Assembly (NCBI GenBank): GCA_965219415.1
Contig: OZ244742.1
Coordinates: forward strand, 1,056,001-1,120,000
Reading direction: 5' to 3'
From: Candidatus Marinacidobacterales bacterium
GTDB lineage: Bacteria > Acidobacteriota > Vicinamibacteria > Marinacidobacterales > DATDRI01
Length of the DNA: 64,000 nucleotides
Below, piece after piece: positions 22,239 through 33,047 of the stretch. Each line of letters opens with the position of its first letter. Positions within the stretch are counted from its first letter, which is position 1. A program made the translations under genes and the position numbers. The notes beneath the pieces were generated by a model. That model searched no databases, was not told the DNA's origin, and saw nothing but the letters and a program-made list of their open reading frames with translations.

Positions 22239-23207
22239 CTATTTCTAGCCTTGGTGCCCCTCCTCTGCCCATCCTCCGGCTCCCCTTGCTCATCGATGAC
22301 CACGACCGCACAAGAGGCCGCCCCAACCGGCACGCCGGCTGAAGAGCAAATCGAGTTCAGGGTAGCGGTGGATGCGGTTTACTTGAACGCCGTCGTTACC
22401 GCGGGGAGGCGGCTGATCCCTGGATTGAAGGCGGAAGACTTCGAGATACGGGAGAACGGAGTGCAACAAAAGCTTAGCTTTTTCGCTTCCGGCAATACTC
22501 CCCTCACCATCATCCTCCTGCTCGACGCCTCATCGAGTATCCAGCCGAATGCTCACGGCGTTAGGTCGGCGGCCATCCATTTTGTGCGGCAGTTGCGCCC
22601 GGGGGATCGCGCCATGATCGGATTCTTCAACCAGGATCTCATCTTCCCAACCGATTTCACGGGCGACGTGAACACTTTGGAGCGAGCGATCGAGGGCTTT
22701 CGGCCAGGTGGCGCAACCGCCCTCTATGACGCCGTCCAGGTCTCGCTCGGTGAGCTCTCGGCCGTCAACGGTCGTACCGCACTTCTCGTTTTCGCCGACG
22801 GCACGGACTCTTGGCCATCGGCGGAGGGAAGTGAAATGACGCAGGATGAAGCGGTCGAGCACGGCAAGCTCTCCGACGTAAGTATCTACACGGTGGGCTT
22901 CGAAGGTCGACTCGGATTCGGTTCGGGAGTCAGCGGAGTCAACCGACATTTCCTCGGCAATCTCGCCAACGAAACCGGTGGCCGCGCTTTCTACCCGCAC
23001 GATTTGGAACAGCTCGGCTACCATTTCTCCAAGGTCATGGAGGAGCTACACAGCCAATACCGGATCGCCTACTTACCCAAGGACACCACCCGAGACGGAA
23101 CATGGCGTCGCATCGAAGTTGGGATCAAATACTACGATCACCTCGACGTCCGTACTCGGCAGGGATACTACGCCGTGCAGAAGACGGATCCCACGACCGA
23201 ACCTTGA
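22203..23207 (+). CDS. VWA-domain protein (acidobacterial type); native 5' end (GTG 20833) displaced by ISL3
   Basis: MIDAS DASSS, GATALYDAV, ETGGRAF, ELHSQYRIAY, WRRIEV, RQGYY. Confidence 0.85.
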   Translation: MQFSTHTNPRRPLFLALVPLLCPSSGSPCSSMTTTAQEAAPTGTPAEEQIEFRVAVDAVYLNAVVTAGRRLIPGLKAEDFEIRENGVQQKLSFFASGNTPLTIILLLDASSSIQPNAHGVRSAAIHFVRQLRPGDRAMIGFFNQDLIFPTDFTGDVNTLERAIEGFRPGGATALYDAVQVSLGELSAVNGRTALLVFADGTDSWPSAEGSEMTQDEAVEHGKLSDVSIYTVGFEGRLGFGSGVSGVNRHFLGNLANETGGRAFYPHDLEQLGYHFSKVMEELHSQYRIAYLPKDTTRDGTWRRIEVGIKYYDHLDVRTRQGYYAVQKTDPTTEP

Positions 23208-23220
23208 GAGGAACTAGCCA

Positions 23221-23713
23221 ATGAAAACCCTACTGATCTTGCTTAGCGCCATCGCCCTCGTGCCGATTGGCGCGAATAGCCAAAACGCCAGTGTCGACTT
23301 CGACCGGCGAGTTGATTTCAGCAAGTTCGAGACGTTCGCCTGGCGAGATGGCACCCCGGTCGAGAACGACCTCTCCGACCATCGAATCACCAGCGCCGTC
23401 GAGAACGAGCTCGGTATCAAAGGCTACTGGCAGGAGGAGCAAGAACCCGACATGTACCTCGTTTACCACGCGTCGGCAAAGGAAGAAGTCGATTTGGCCG
23501 GAGCCGGCTACCGCGCGTCGTGAAAATCGCCCGCGACGCTCAAAGTGGAAAAACAACATCGCGGGAACCCTGATCCTCGACATGCTGGACGCCAAGAAGG
23601 GACACCTCTTGTGGCGGGGCATTGCCACCGCGACCGTCGATCCGAATCCTCAGAAGAACCAGACCATCATCAATAAGGCGGTGAGGAAACTGCTCGAGGG
23701 GTTTCCCCCCTAG
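23221..23713 (+). CDS. DUF4136-like secreted protein, frameshift/deletion near 23520
   Basis: [10 protein letters not shown]; [10 protein letters not shown]...LLWRGIA; ends ..FPP. Confidence 0.75.
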
Positions 23714-23750
23714 GATCGGCCGCCGGGCCTTACCGATCTACCGACGGCTT

Positions 23751-24398
23751 TTATCCATCTACTGAAAACCCGGTAGGACAAGCAACGCCGGTACCGCCGT
23801 GGCCACAGTAACCGTTCGGGTTCTTGGCCAGGTACTGCTGATGGTAATCCTCGGCGTAGTAGAGCTCGGGGGCATCTTCGATCTCGGTGGTGATGGGATC
23901 GTAGCCCGAAGCTCCCAACACTTCTTCATAGGCATCTCGCGAAGCAAGCGCAGCCTTCTTCTGCTCATCGTTATAGGTATAGATTTCGGATCGGTACTGC
24001 GTCCCGACGTCACCACCCTGCCGCATCCCTTGTGTCGGGTCGTGAGCCTCCCAAAAGATCTTGAGTAGCTTCTCGTACGAGACGACCTGCGGGTCGAACA
24101 CCACGAGCACGACTTCGGTGTGGCCGGTCATGCCGCTGCATACCTCCTGGTAAGTCGCGTTTGGAGTGTACCCTCCCGCGTAGCCGACGGCGGTCGTGTA
24201 GACGCCCTCGGTCTCCCAAAAAGACTTCTCGGCTCCCCAGAAACATCCGAGCCCGAACATCGCCATCTCCATTCCCTGGGGAAATGGCGGCTTCAACGGA
24301 TGCCCATTCACGAAATGGGACTCGGGGACAGACAAGGGCTCGGCCCGCCCCGGAAGTGCGTTTTCCTTCTCCGGTACTTCAGTTTTCTTGACGAACAT
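23751..24398 (-). CDS. msrA: peptide-methionine (S)-S-oxide reductase
   Basis: [30 protein letters not shown]. Confidence 0.97.
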   Translation of the reverse strand: MFVKKTEVPEKENALPGRAEPLSVPESHFVNGHPLKPPFPQGMEMAMFGLGCFWGAEKSFWETEGVYTTAVGYAGGYTPNATYQEVCSGMTGHTEVVLVVFDPQVVSYEKLLKIFWEAHDPTQGMRQGGDVGTQYRSEIYTYNDEQKKAALASRDAYEEVLGASGYDPITTEIEDAPELYYAEDYHQQYLAKNPNGYCGHGGTGVACPTGFSVDG

Positions 24399-24605
24399 AG
24401 CGACTCCTCGAAACCTCGAATAAGAACACCCAGTTTCTCTCGATTCTCCACCAAGTGCCACCCTTTTGATAAACCATTTAAAATCAGTCACTTAATATCG
24501 CGATCCCAGGTGCCACCCGTTTGGGGAACTCTTCTCTAGCCGCAAACGTTTACAACAGTGGCGCTCGGGATTAGACTCCGGCCGCCAGACGATAGGAGGC
24601 TGAGC

Positions 24606-27110
24606 ATGCCAGGGAAGAGTACGGAAGGCAGGAATGGCGACGGTGATTCTTTCTTGGCCACGGTCTGGCGAAACCTCGCCTATGCAACCCGGAGGCTGAG
24701 GCAGCGCCCCGGTTTCACAGCGATCGCGATCTTGTCGCTGGCAGTCGGAATTGGCGCCAACACTGCCATCTTCACCCTCATCAATGCCGTGTTGTTGAAA
24801 GAGTCCCCCCTCGAGGCACCCGAAGAGCTCGTTAATCTCTACATCGACACACCTGACTTTCATTACAACGTCTTCTCGTACCCGGACTACGAGGACATTC
24901 GAGACGGAACGCGAAACGTGTTCGAAGGCGTCAGCGCGACTAGGATCAACCTCGCGCAGGTCGATCGGGATGGTTCCGTCGAGATGATCTCGGGCGAGGT
25001 GGTCACCGGAAACTACTTCTCTCTGCTTGGAGTTGAAGCGCTGGTGGGCCGAACGATCCTGCCGGGGGACGACGTCAATCCAGGCGCCCATCCCGTCGTC
25101 GTGCTGTCCCACAAGTATTGGCACACCGCGTTCGGCGGGGACCCAACCGTCGTCGGCCGCGAAATGCGTTTGAGCGGACGCCCCTACACGATCCTCGGCA
25201 TCGCACCGCCGGAGTTCATGGGCAGCTTCCGCGGAATGGAACCAGCGGTCTACACGCCGATGATGATGCTCAACGAGCTCCTCGCAACCACCAATGATCA
25301 GTTCGAGGCGCGGGGCAATCACTCCATGTTCGTCAAGGCGCGGCTCACACCCGGTGTATCCATCCCCCAAGTTCAGGTCGCGATGGACGCCGTTGCCGCG
25401 CGCCTGACGGAAGCGGACACCAACAACTGGGACCCCCACGGCAAGTTCATCTCGGTACCGACCGAGAGCGTCATCCTTTTCCCTCCGTTCGATCGGTTTG
25501 TTCGCGCCGCCGCCTGGCTGCTTACCGTCGTCGTCGGCCTCGTGCTGCTCATCGCCTGTATGAACCTTGCAAGCTTTCTCCTCGCTCAAGCTTTGGATCG
25601 CAAGAAGGAGATCGCGCTCCGGCTCGCCCTCGGAGCCACGCGCCGCGATCTCGTCGGACAGATTTTGAGTGAGACGGTCCTCCTCGGAGTCCTGGCAGGC
25701 ACCGCCGGGTTAGCGCTTTCGGTCTGGCTTCTGAAGCTCCTCGTTTCCGCCGACTTGCCGCTCCCGCTCCCCATTACGTTGGATTTGACTCCTGACCCCA
25801 CCGTGCTCGGATTCAGCCTTGCGGTTTCCGTGGTGGCGGGTGTTCTCCTCGGTCTGGTTCCTGCGCTTCAGAGTACCAATCCCGATCTGTCATCCACACT
25901 CAAGGATGAAACAGCGGGTGGCGGCCAATACGGAAAGCTCGCCTTGCGGAACCTCCTCGTCGTCGCCCAGGTGGCCGTTTCTCTCGTCCTCCTGGTCGGA
26001 GCGGGTCTCTTTTTGCGGAGTTTCGAGCAGGTCCAATCCGTCGATCCGGGTTTCGGCCGAGACCCGTCCGCGATTCTGACGATCATGGTTCCCACGACTC
26101 GATTTACCGAGGAGGAAGGACGCGTCTTCATTCGCACCCTACTGTCTCGGTTCCGAGAAATACCCGGTGTCCAATCGGTGGGATTGATCGACAACCTGCA
26201 CCTCAACACCACAAGCACTCAAACCATGGACTTCAATGTGGACGGGGTCGAGCCGCCACCGGAACGCGATTCCCATGCCGCCGATCGCGCCACGGTGGAC
26301 GCCGAGCTTTTCGACGCAGCGGGGATCCGCATCTTGAGAGGCCGCAACTTCAACGATCGAGATCTCGCCGACCGCCCACCGGTTGCCATCATCAGCGAGG
26401 CCATGGCGAAGAAGTTTTGGTCGTCTGCCGAGAACGCTATTGGACAAATGCTTCGCCTCGACGACGACCCAGACCTTGAAGTCGTCGGTGTGGCGAGCGA
26501 CACCAAAGTGCGTTCGTTGGGCGAAGCGCCGCGATCTTTCATTTATATCCCCTACAGCCAAAACTACAAGACCTTCCACACCGTGGTCGCTCGAACGACG
26601 CTCGACCCGGAACGCTTGGCGCTCGACTTGTTGGCCACCGGCCGCCGGGTCGACCCAGACCTATGGGTGTGGGAAGCCAAGAGCATGGACAATCACTTGG
26701 GGATCGTGCTCCTTCCCGCTCGCCTATCTGCGTTCTTGCTTTCCGTCTTCGCGGTGCTGGCCCTCGCGCTGGCCAGCGTCGGCCTCTACGGCATCGTGAG
26801 CTACGCGGTTTCTCAGAGAACCCGGGAGGTCGGGATTCGGATGTCCCTCGGCGCCGACGGAGGTTCCGTGATTCGAATGCTGATGCGGAGCGGGCTGAAA
26901 CTTGTGGCCGTCGGGGGGGTGATTGGCCTCCTCCTGTCCTTCGGGTTGAGCCAGTTGCTGAGTGGACTCCTCTTCGGGATCGAGGCCTTCGACACGTTCA
27001 CGTTCTTCACGGTGCCCGCCGTCCTCATGGGCGCGGCCGTACTCGCCGCCTACGTCCCGGCTCGCCGCGCCAGTCGAATCGACCCCGTCGTCGCCCTTCG
27101 AACCGAATAG
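24606..27110 (+). CDS. ADOP/MacB-FtsX duplicated ABC permease, intact
   Basis: LAVGIGANTAIF, LLIACMNLA, RTREVGIRMSLGA, PARRASRIDP; no adjacent ATPase. Confidence 0.92.
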   Translation: MPGKSTEGRNGDGDSFLATVWRNLAYATRRLRQRPGFTAIAILSLAVGIGANTAIFTLINAVLLKESPLEAPEELVNLYIDTPDFHYNVFSYPDYEDIRDGTRNVFEGVSATRINLAQVDRDGSVEMISGEVVTGNYFSLLGVEALVGRTILPGDDVNPGAHPVVVLSHKYWHTAFGGDPTVVGREMRLSGRPYTILGIAPPEFMGSFRGMEPAVYTPMMMLNELLATTNDQFEARGNHSMFVKARLTPGVSIPQVQVAMDAVAARLTEADTNNWDPHGKFISVPTESVILFPPFDRFVRAAAWLLTVVVGLVLLIACMNLASFLLAQALDRKKEIALRLALGATRRDLVGQILSETVLLGVLAGTAGLALSVWLLKLLVSADLPLPLPITLDLTPDPTVLGFSLAVSVVAGVLLGLVPALQSTNPDLSSTLKDETAGGGQYGKLALRNLLVVAQVAVSLVLLVGAGLFLRSFEQVQSVDPGFGRDPSAILTIMVPTTRFTEEEGRVFIRTLLSRFREIPGVQSVGLIDNLHLNTTSTQTMDFNVDGVEPPPERDSHAADRATVDAELFDAAGIRILRGRNFNDRDLADRPPVAIISEAMAKKFWSSAENAIGQMLRLDDDPDLEVVGVASDTKVRSLGEAPRSFIYIPYSQNYKTFHTVVARTTLDPERLALDLLATGRRVDPDLWVWEAKSMDNHLGIVLLPARLSAFLLSVFAVLALALASVGLYGIVSYAVSQRTREVGIRMSLGADGGSVIRMLMRSGLKLVAVGGVIGLLLSFGLSQLLSGLLFGIEAFDTFTFFTVPAVLMGAAVLAAYVPARRASRIDPVVALRTE

Positions 27111-27194
27111 GACCCCTGGCGGGAATAGGGCGACTTCCGATAAATTAAGGCAGTGCTCGCCGCACCCGGCGAGCCCACCACCGAGGAGGACGTT

Positions 27195-27365
27195 ATGGCC
27201 AACGGTTATGTGTACCGTCGCGAAGTCGCTCGTTCGGGCGTCAGCATGGGCGCCGCACTCGCGATCGCGATCTCATGGTCCAAGAACGGCTCGATTCTCT
27301 GGGCCATCCTGCACGGCATCTTCTCCTGGTTTTACGTGATCTACTACGCTCTGTTCGGCAGGTAG
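27195..27365 (+). CDS. small membrane protein (56 aa)
   Basis: GAGGAGG RBS; hydrophobic GAALAIAISWS..SILWAILHGIFSWFYVIYY. Confidence 0.75.
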   Translation: MANGYVYRREVARSGVSMGAALAIAISWSKNGSILWAILHGIFSWFYVIYYALFGR

Positions 27366-27443
27366 CACCGGCGCGCTCCCGAGGCCGGATTTGTTCGAAC
27401 ACCGTCTCTTTGGTATAAACCCATCAAGAGAGGTAGTTCCTAC

Positions 27444-27791
27444 TTGGAAGTCTTCGACCGCACCATTGCCCTCCGACAGGCCCACGGCAACGTAGAGCTC
27501 GTCAAAGAGTGCTGTGAGTCCTTTTCTCTGTCAGCGGACCGAGCTGTCGCCTCGCTTGAGCAAGCGCTAGGGAACCAGGATCCCGAGTCCATCGCCCGCT
27601 TGGCCCGAGAGCTCAAAGCCGGTTCCACCGAAGTCGGCGCAGCCGGATTGGAGGACCTGGCCAGCCAGCTGGTCGAGGCTCTTCCGACGAAAGACTGGCA
27701 CGAAATGAGCGCGCTCCTAACGAAGCTGGCGATGGAGCTCGGCTGGTTCCAGCGGATCATCGACGAGCGAGTCTGCTCCGGAAACCTGTGA
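27444..27791 (+). CDS. Hpt-like domain protein lacking the phospho-acceptor His
   Basis: LARELKAGSTEVGA..L.....LV aligns to AHxLKGSS..vGA. Confidence 0.65.
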   Translation: MEVFDRTIALRQAHGNVELVKECCESFSLSADRAVASLEQALGNQDPESIARLARELKAGSTEVGAAGLEDLASQLVEALPTKDWHEMSALLTKLAMELGWFQRIIDERVCSGNL

Positions 27792-28246
27792 CCGCCCTCC
27801 CCCTCTCAGAACCCGAGCGGGTCGAAATGGAAGCTCGCTGGAACCGCCATCCCGGCTTGCTTCACATGGGCGCTCGGTTGGATCTCTCCTCACCGGACGT
27901 CGTCCGCTTATCCATCGATCCCATCGAGCCGCACCATCGCGGAGGACTCGGAACCGAAGCGGTCAACGGAGCGATCATTTCTGCGGCTTTTGATTTCACG
28001 ATCGGGCTGGTTGGCCATTTCTGCGCCTCGGGCCGCCGTGTCGGCACCGCGCAGCTCAATGTGCATTTCATTCGGCCCGTGCACGGCGACCGCTTTGAAG
28101 TACTCGGCAGAGTCGTAAGAGCCGGTGTCTCGATGGTATTCGCGGCCGCCGAGCTCCGCGATCAGAAGGGGCAAGTCTGCGCGACGAGTGATGGCATCGT
28201 CTCGGTGTCGAAAGAAGAAGCCACCGCGGATGAAATGGCGCTGTAG
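27788..28246 (+). CDS. PaaI-family hotdog thioesterase
   Basis: NGAIISAAFD, TAQLNVHFIRP. Confidence 0.85.
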   Translation: MTALPLSEPERVEMEARWNRHPGLLHMGARLDLSSPDVVRLSIDPIEPHHRGGLGTEAVNGAIISAAFDFTIGLVGHFCASGRRVGTAQLNVHFIRPVHGDRFEVLGRVVRAGVSMVFAAAELRDQKGQVCATSDGIVSVSKEEATADEMAL

Positions 28247-28249
28247 GAC

Positions 28250-30509
28250 CTACTCCAGTCGCAAGGCCACGACCGGGTCGACTCTCGTGGCGCGTCGCGC
28301 CGGCAAGTAACAAGCGAGAAGCGAGACCGCGACCAGCAGAGCCGCAGTCGCACTCAACGTGACCGGATCCGTCCCCGTCACACCAAAGAGGAAACTGCCC
28401 AGCAGGCGCGAGGCCAGGGCCCCGGCGACGAGGCCGAACCCGAGACCCACCATCACCATTGCCATTCCTTGCCCCAGCACGAGGCGAAGAAGTTGGCCGC
28501 ACGGTGCACCGATGGCCATGCGGATACCCAGCTCTCGGGTGCGCTGACTCACCGAGTAGGAGAGAAGACCGTAGATTCCGACCGCGGCGAGGATCACAGC
28601 AAGGCTGGCGAAGAGACCAAGCAGCAAGGCGTCGAACCGGCGTTGGCCCATCACCTTCGATAGGAAATCATCCAACGTCATGAAACCCGAAATCGCTTGC
28701 GCGCGGTCGACCGCCTTGACTTCCGCACGGACGGCCCCCACGTAGGAGAGCGGATCGGCTTCGGTGCGAACGAGCAATGTCATCGTGGGTACCGGCGCCT
28801 GACGATAGGGAAGATACATAGCGATTTCCGCTTCGGTATCGAGACTCGACTCCCTAACATCCCCCACCACACCGATGACCTCGAGCCAAGGCCCCTCGGT
28901 GGACGGACCGAGCCGCGCACCCAGTGGATCCTGATTAGGCCAGTAGTTCTTCGCCATCGCCTGATTAATCAAAACGACGCCGCCCTTCTCCCACCCTTCT
29001 TCTTCGGTGAAGAGACGCCCGCGGACTAGTGGTATCTGAAGCGTGTCGAAGTACGCCGGCGATACGGCGCGGTAATTCACACTCGGGACTTCATCGGGTG
29101 GCGGCGCCGGGCGCCCGTCGACAAAGGTTGGGATGGCCGAGTTACCGGTCAACGGCAGCCGATGGACGGCACCGGCCGCCTGCACTCCCGGCAGACTTTC
29201 GAGGCGCTCGATCGTTTGTTGGTACAAACGGATCCGCTGCGTAGGCTCGGGAGACTGCGACTGCAAAGGAGTCATCTCCATCGCCAGCACGTTGGTGGGA
29301 TCAAAACCCGGTTCGACCTCGAGCACGTTGCGAAGCTGCGCAGCAGTAGTCCCGCACCGATCACCAGCATCACCGCTAGGGCCACTTCGGAAACCACCAG
29401 CAGGCCGCGGAGTCGTATACGACTCACTCCTTGTGTTTCGGTACGGCCGCGTAGGGAGTCTTGCAGATCGCCGCGCGCAACATGGAGGGCCGGCAGGAGT
29501 CCAAACAAGGCCCCCGCCCCCACCGAAACCAGCAATGCGAAGCCGAGGACTCGGCCATCCATCTGGATCGCATCCGGACGGGGAAGAGTCGAAAGGCCCA
29601 AAGGACTGAAGGCGTCCAGTCCCCAAGCAGCGACCAGCACCCCAATGCCTCCGCCCACTAGAGCCAGCAACACACTTTCGGTGAGAAGTTGACGCACTAT
29701 CTGAGCTCGCCCTGCACCCAACGCGACTCGCACCGCCATCTCCCGTTCTCTTTCCATGGATCGGGCAAGCAAGAGATTGGCGATGTTGGCACACGCAATC
29801 AACAACACGATAGCGACTGCTCCCAGCAACATCAGGACGGCCTTTTCCAGCGAGCCCACGGTTGCCTCGAGCAGGGGCAAAAGTACAACCGTCCAGCCCT
29901 TTTCGAGTCGACCCGCGATGGCGGCCATCTCCGTTTGCGCCTGCTCGGGTGTGACGCCACTTTCGAGCCGGCCAAGAACGCGCAGAAAATGTGCTCGGCG
30001 AGACCCTTCATCGAGATAAAGAGCGTACGGCACAATGAGCTCGACGTCCGGTTGTTGCGGAAACTGAAAGTCCGCCGGCAGGATACCGATCACTGTATGA
30101 AGGGACCCATCGAGCATCGTTTCGCTGCCGAGTGCGCCGGGGTCTCCACCGAATAGTCGCTGCCACAGCCCATGGGTTAACACGACGACCTTGTCGCCCC
30201 CGGGACTGTCCTCGTCTGTCGAGAACGTGCGTCCCAACAGAGGCCGGACCGCCACAACTTCGAAGAGATCCGCGGCCGCCCGAGCGCCACCCACTCGCAC
30301 CGCTCGTCATTGACCAGAAGGTTGAAGCCGTCTTCCCGGTACGCGCCGAGAGCCTCGAAGCTCCGGCTCTGTTCCCTCCACGCGAAGAAGTTTGAAATCG
30401 AGACCGAGAAGTAGGACAGGCCGGCGCTAAGGACGGCAGCCGCGGCGAAGGCGGGATTCTTGGTCAGCACGCGCAGTCCATAGCGGGCATCCCGAAGCAA
30501 CGTTCTCAT
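28250..30509 (-). pseudogene. ADOP duplicated ABC permease, frameshifted with N-terminal deletion
   Basis: [44 protein letters not shown]; frameshifts near 30300 and 29330; LALGIGANT segment missing. Confidence 0.85.
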
Positions 30510-30693
30510 CGTTCTACAACCTCCGGTCGTGGTTAGAGCAAGGACTGTGCCCGCCGACGTATCTGTAACCTACTGTCAATCAACGGCATCGGAAAGGGTG
30601 ACGTCACGACGACCTTCTGGTATCGTGCGACGGCGGGAAAATGATGTCTCAAAACCGGACACTTCACATGGGACGACGTAAGGGAGGACGGCG

Positions 30694-31344
30694 ATGTTCG
30701 TAGGACATTATGGTTCAAGCTTTCTAGCCAAGACCCTCGACAAGACGATTCCTCTTTGGCTGCTTTTCCTCGCCGTACAGCTCGTCGATGTGTTTTGGGC
30801 GATCTTCGTTTTGCTGGGCATCGAACACGTGCGGATCGTGCCCGGTTTCACCGCGACGAATCCGTTCGACCTCTACTACATGCCCTACACGCACGGTCTT
30901 CCCGCCACTTTTGCTTGGGCCCTCGGCGGCTTCGTCCTGTACCGGCTCGTGCGAGCGGGGAACGGGAGCCGTGGCGCCTGGCTCGTCGCCGCAGCCATCG
31001 CCTCGCACTGGTTCCTTGACCTTGTCGTCCATCGTCCCGATCTGCCCCTCTACGACAATGCTGCCAAGGTGGGGCTTGGTTTGTGGAATTATCCGATTGC
31101 AACATTCGCCCTGGAGGCGTTACTTCTTTTTGGGGCGATGGCTTTTTACCTTCGTGCGACGAAACCCCTGAGCTCAAGCGGTAGGTACGCGGTGATCATA
31201 TTCGGCGTCCTGATGTTTGCGATCCAGGTCGGCGCTCTCTTGGGTCCACCGCCCGGCTCGGCTCGAGAAGCGGCAATGACGGGACTTGTGGTCTATGTTG
31301 TTTTTGCCGCAGTTGCCTACTGGATCGAGAAGAAACGCGCTTAG
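30694..31344 (+). CDS. membrane metal-dependent hydrolase-like protein
   Basis: MFVGH, D.FW, YTHGL, SHWFLDLVVHRPDLP; multiple TM helices. Confidence 0.75.
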   Translation: MFVGHYGSSFLAKTLDKTIPLWLLFLAVQLVDVFWAIFVLLGIEHVRIVPGFTATNPFDLYYMPYTHGLPATFAWALGGFVLYRLVRAGNGSRGAWLVAAAIASHWFLDLVVHRPDLPLYDNAAKVGLGLWNYPIATFALEALLLFGAMAFYLRATKPLSSSGRYAVIIFGVLMFAIQVGALLGPPPGSAREAAMTGLVVYVVFAAVAYWIEKKRA

Positions 31345-31346
31345 CA

Positions 31347-31940
31347 ATGACCAAGATACATGTTGCCTTGCTGCTTCTCATCGCGTTGGCTCGCCTAGCG
31401 CCCGCTCAGGATGGTGATTTCGGTGCACCAAACCCGAACGCTCCCGAGGAACTCTCGCAGTTCGTGTTTCTCATCGGCAAGTGGCGGTGCGAATCCAAAG
31501 TGAAAGGGCAAGACGGGGAGTACCAGACGTACTCCGCGGTATGGATCGGTCGCTACGTCCTCGATGGCTACGTGATTGCCGACGAGTTTCGCCAAATGGA
31601 TTCCGACGGCCAGCTCACACAGCTTGGTCAAACGTATCGTTCCTACAACTCGGAGAAGAAAACCTGGGTCATGAAATGGCACGACGCGCTCGCCTCCACC
31701 TGGCTGGACCTGGTTCCGGAGGACCTGGGGGGCGTCCGCGTCACCGACACCGCCATCACGTTCAAACATCACCTACCTCCCGGGCCGGTTGCCAAGCTCT
31801 TCCCCCCGCACACGATCTTTCGCATGACGATATCGGACATCTCCCCGGACCATTTCACTTGGCGAGCCCACGTCTCGACCGACGGAGAGAAAACCTGGGA
31901 TCAGGTTCAGGTGCTAGAGGCTTACCGCGACAAAAACTGA
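31347..31940 (+). CDS. secreted beta-barrel protein (DUF1579-like)
   Basis: Signal peptide; F.FLIGKW, FTW...S.DG.KTW. Confidence 0.7.
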   Translation: MTKIHVALLLLIALARLAPAQDGDFGAPNPNAPEELSQFVFLIGKWRCESKVKGQDGEYQTYSAVWIGRYVLDGYVIADEFRQMDSDGQLTQLGQTYRSYNSEKKTWVMKWHDALASTWLDLVPEDLGGVRVTDTAITFKHHLPPGPVAKLFPPHTIFRMTISDISPDHFTWRAHVSTDGEKTWDQVQVLEAYRDKN

Positions 31941-31941
31941 T

Positions 31942-33015
31942 TCAGTAATTGATGGATGGGTTGTCACCCGGGTAGATGACACCCACTACCAGCATCCCGC
32001 TGTCATCGGTACATTGGAGTGAATGAAGTTGTTTGCGCGGCAGGAAGATGATGTCGCCCGCTTTGACCGACGCTTTTTTCGACTCGGTCCACATGCAACC
32101 CTCGCCTTTGAGGATGACGAGTGTCTCTTCATACAGGTGGCGATGCGGCATGGCCTTGGAGACAGGAATTTCGCCGATGAACTGGGTCACGACATCCGAA
32201 CCGATCTTCTTGTCGACGAGAAGCTGAAAGAATCGATCGGCCATGGATTGGCGCTCCGAGGCGTCGACGCTGACCACCCGTTTCGGATACGAGCTATCGA
32301 AATTCTCAGGCATTGCCTCTAGGAATTGTGGTCGCTCCGCCTGGGGGCAGACGGCGGCGAAGATCTTCATTTCGCCCGGCCCGTGGTTTTTGATGGAGAA
32401 CGCCTCGCCTCCTCGAACGTAGACTCCGTCGGTCTCCTTGACCTCGAACGACTGTCCTGAGAGCAGAACCGCCCCCTTCCCGTCCGTCACGAGTAGGACA
32501 ACGTGCCGGTCTCCAAAACTGATGACGGGAGACTCACCGCGCGCCGCTTCCAGATAAAACTGCGATTGATATTTAGCACCGTCTGAAGAAGCAATCGTGG
32601 GAGCGAACCCGAGCGTACCGTTTCGTTCGAGGGCCAGTGCCGGGATGCTGCAAACGTAACAACCGCCGTCTAAACGAGCCTTCCCGTTGCCACCCGCTTC
32701 GACCTGAGGAATGGCCAAGTTCTCACGACTTTGGGGATCGTCTTCGTCGTACTTGTCTTTCAAGCTGTTGTGAGTCCCGTCGCAAAATGGCTTTTCCGCG
32801 GAGCGCTTGCAGGCACAAAACAGGACCTCTTCGCGTTCTTCCTTCGCCACGTACTTGACCGGCCGAAACGACGTGCCACGATGAGAGCTATCGCAAAAGG
32901 GCTGATTCTTGCTCCGCCCACAGGCGCACCAAAGGTAGTTCTTCCCTTTTTCGAGCTCCACGTAGCACGGCTTGTAGCCGGCAATCACGGGGCTTTCGGA
33001 GTTGGATTCGGTCAT
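31942..33015 (-). CDS. tandem CDGSH [2Fe-2S] domain fused to cupin domains
   Basis: WCACGRSKNQPFCDSSH and FCACKRSAEKPFCDGTH; C-terminal HRHLYEE...GDIIFLP...H cupin motif. Confidence 0.9.
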   Translation of the reverse strand: MTESNSESPVIAGYKPCYVELEKGKNYLWCACGRSKNQPFCDSSHRGTSFRPVKYVAKEEREEVLFCACKRSAEKPFCDGTHNSLKDKYDEDDPQSRENLAIPQVEAGGNGKARLDGGCYVCSIPALALERNGTLGFAPTIASSDGAKYQSQFYLEAARGESPVISFGDRHVVLLVTDGKGAVLLSGQSFEVKETDGVYVRGGEAFSIKNHGPGEMKIFAAVCPQAERPQFLEAMPENFDSSYPKRVVSVDASERQSMADRFFQLLVDKKIGSDVVTQFIGEIPVSKAMPHRHLYEETLVILKGEGCMWTESKKASVKAGDIIFLPRKQLHSLQCTDDSGMLVVGVIYPGDNPSINY

Positions 33016-33047
33016 TTCGATGCTCCAGGTCGGCTGGCCTGGCTATT

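Noticed and set aside
23751-24398. MsrA as a selenoprotein
   Set aside because: The catalytic motif is ordinary GCFWG
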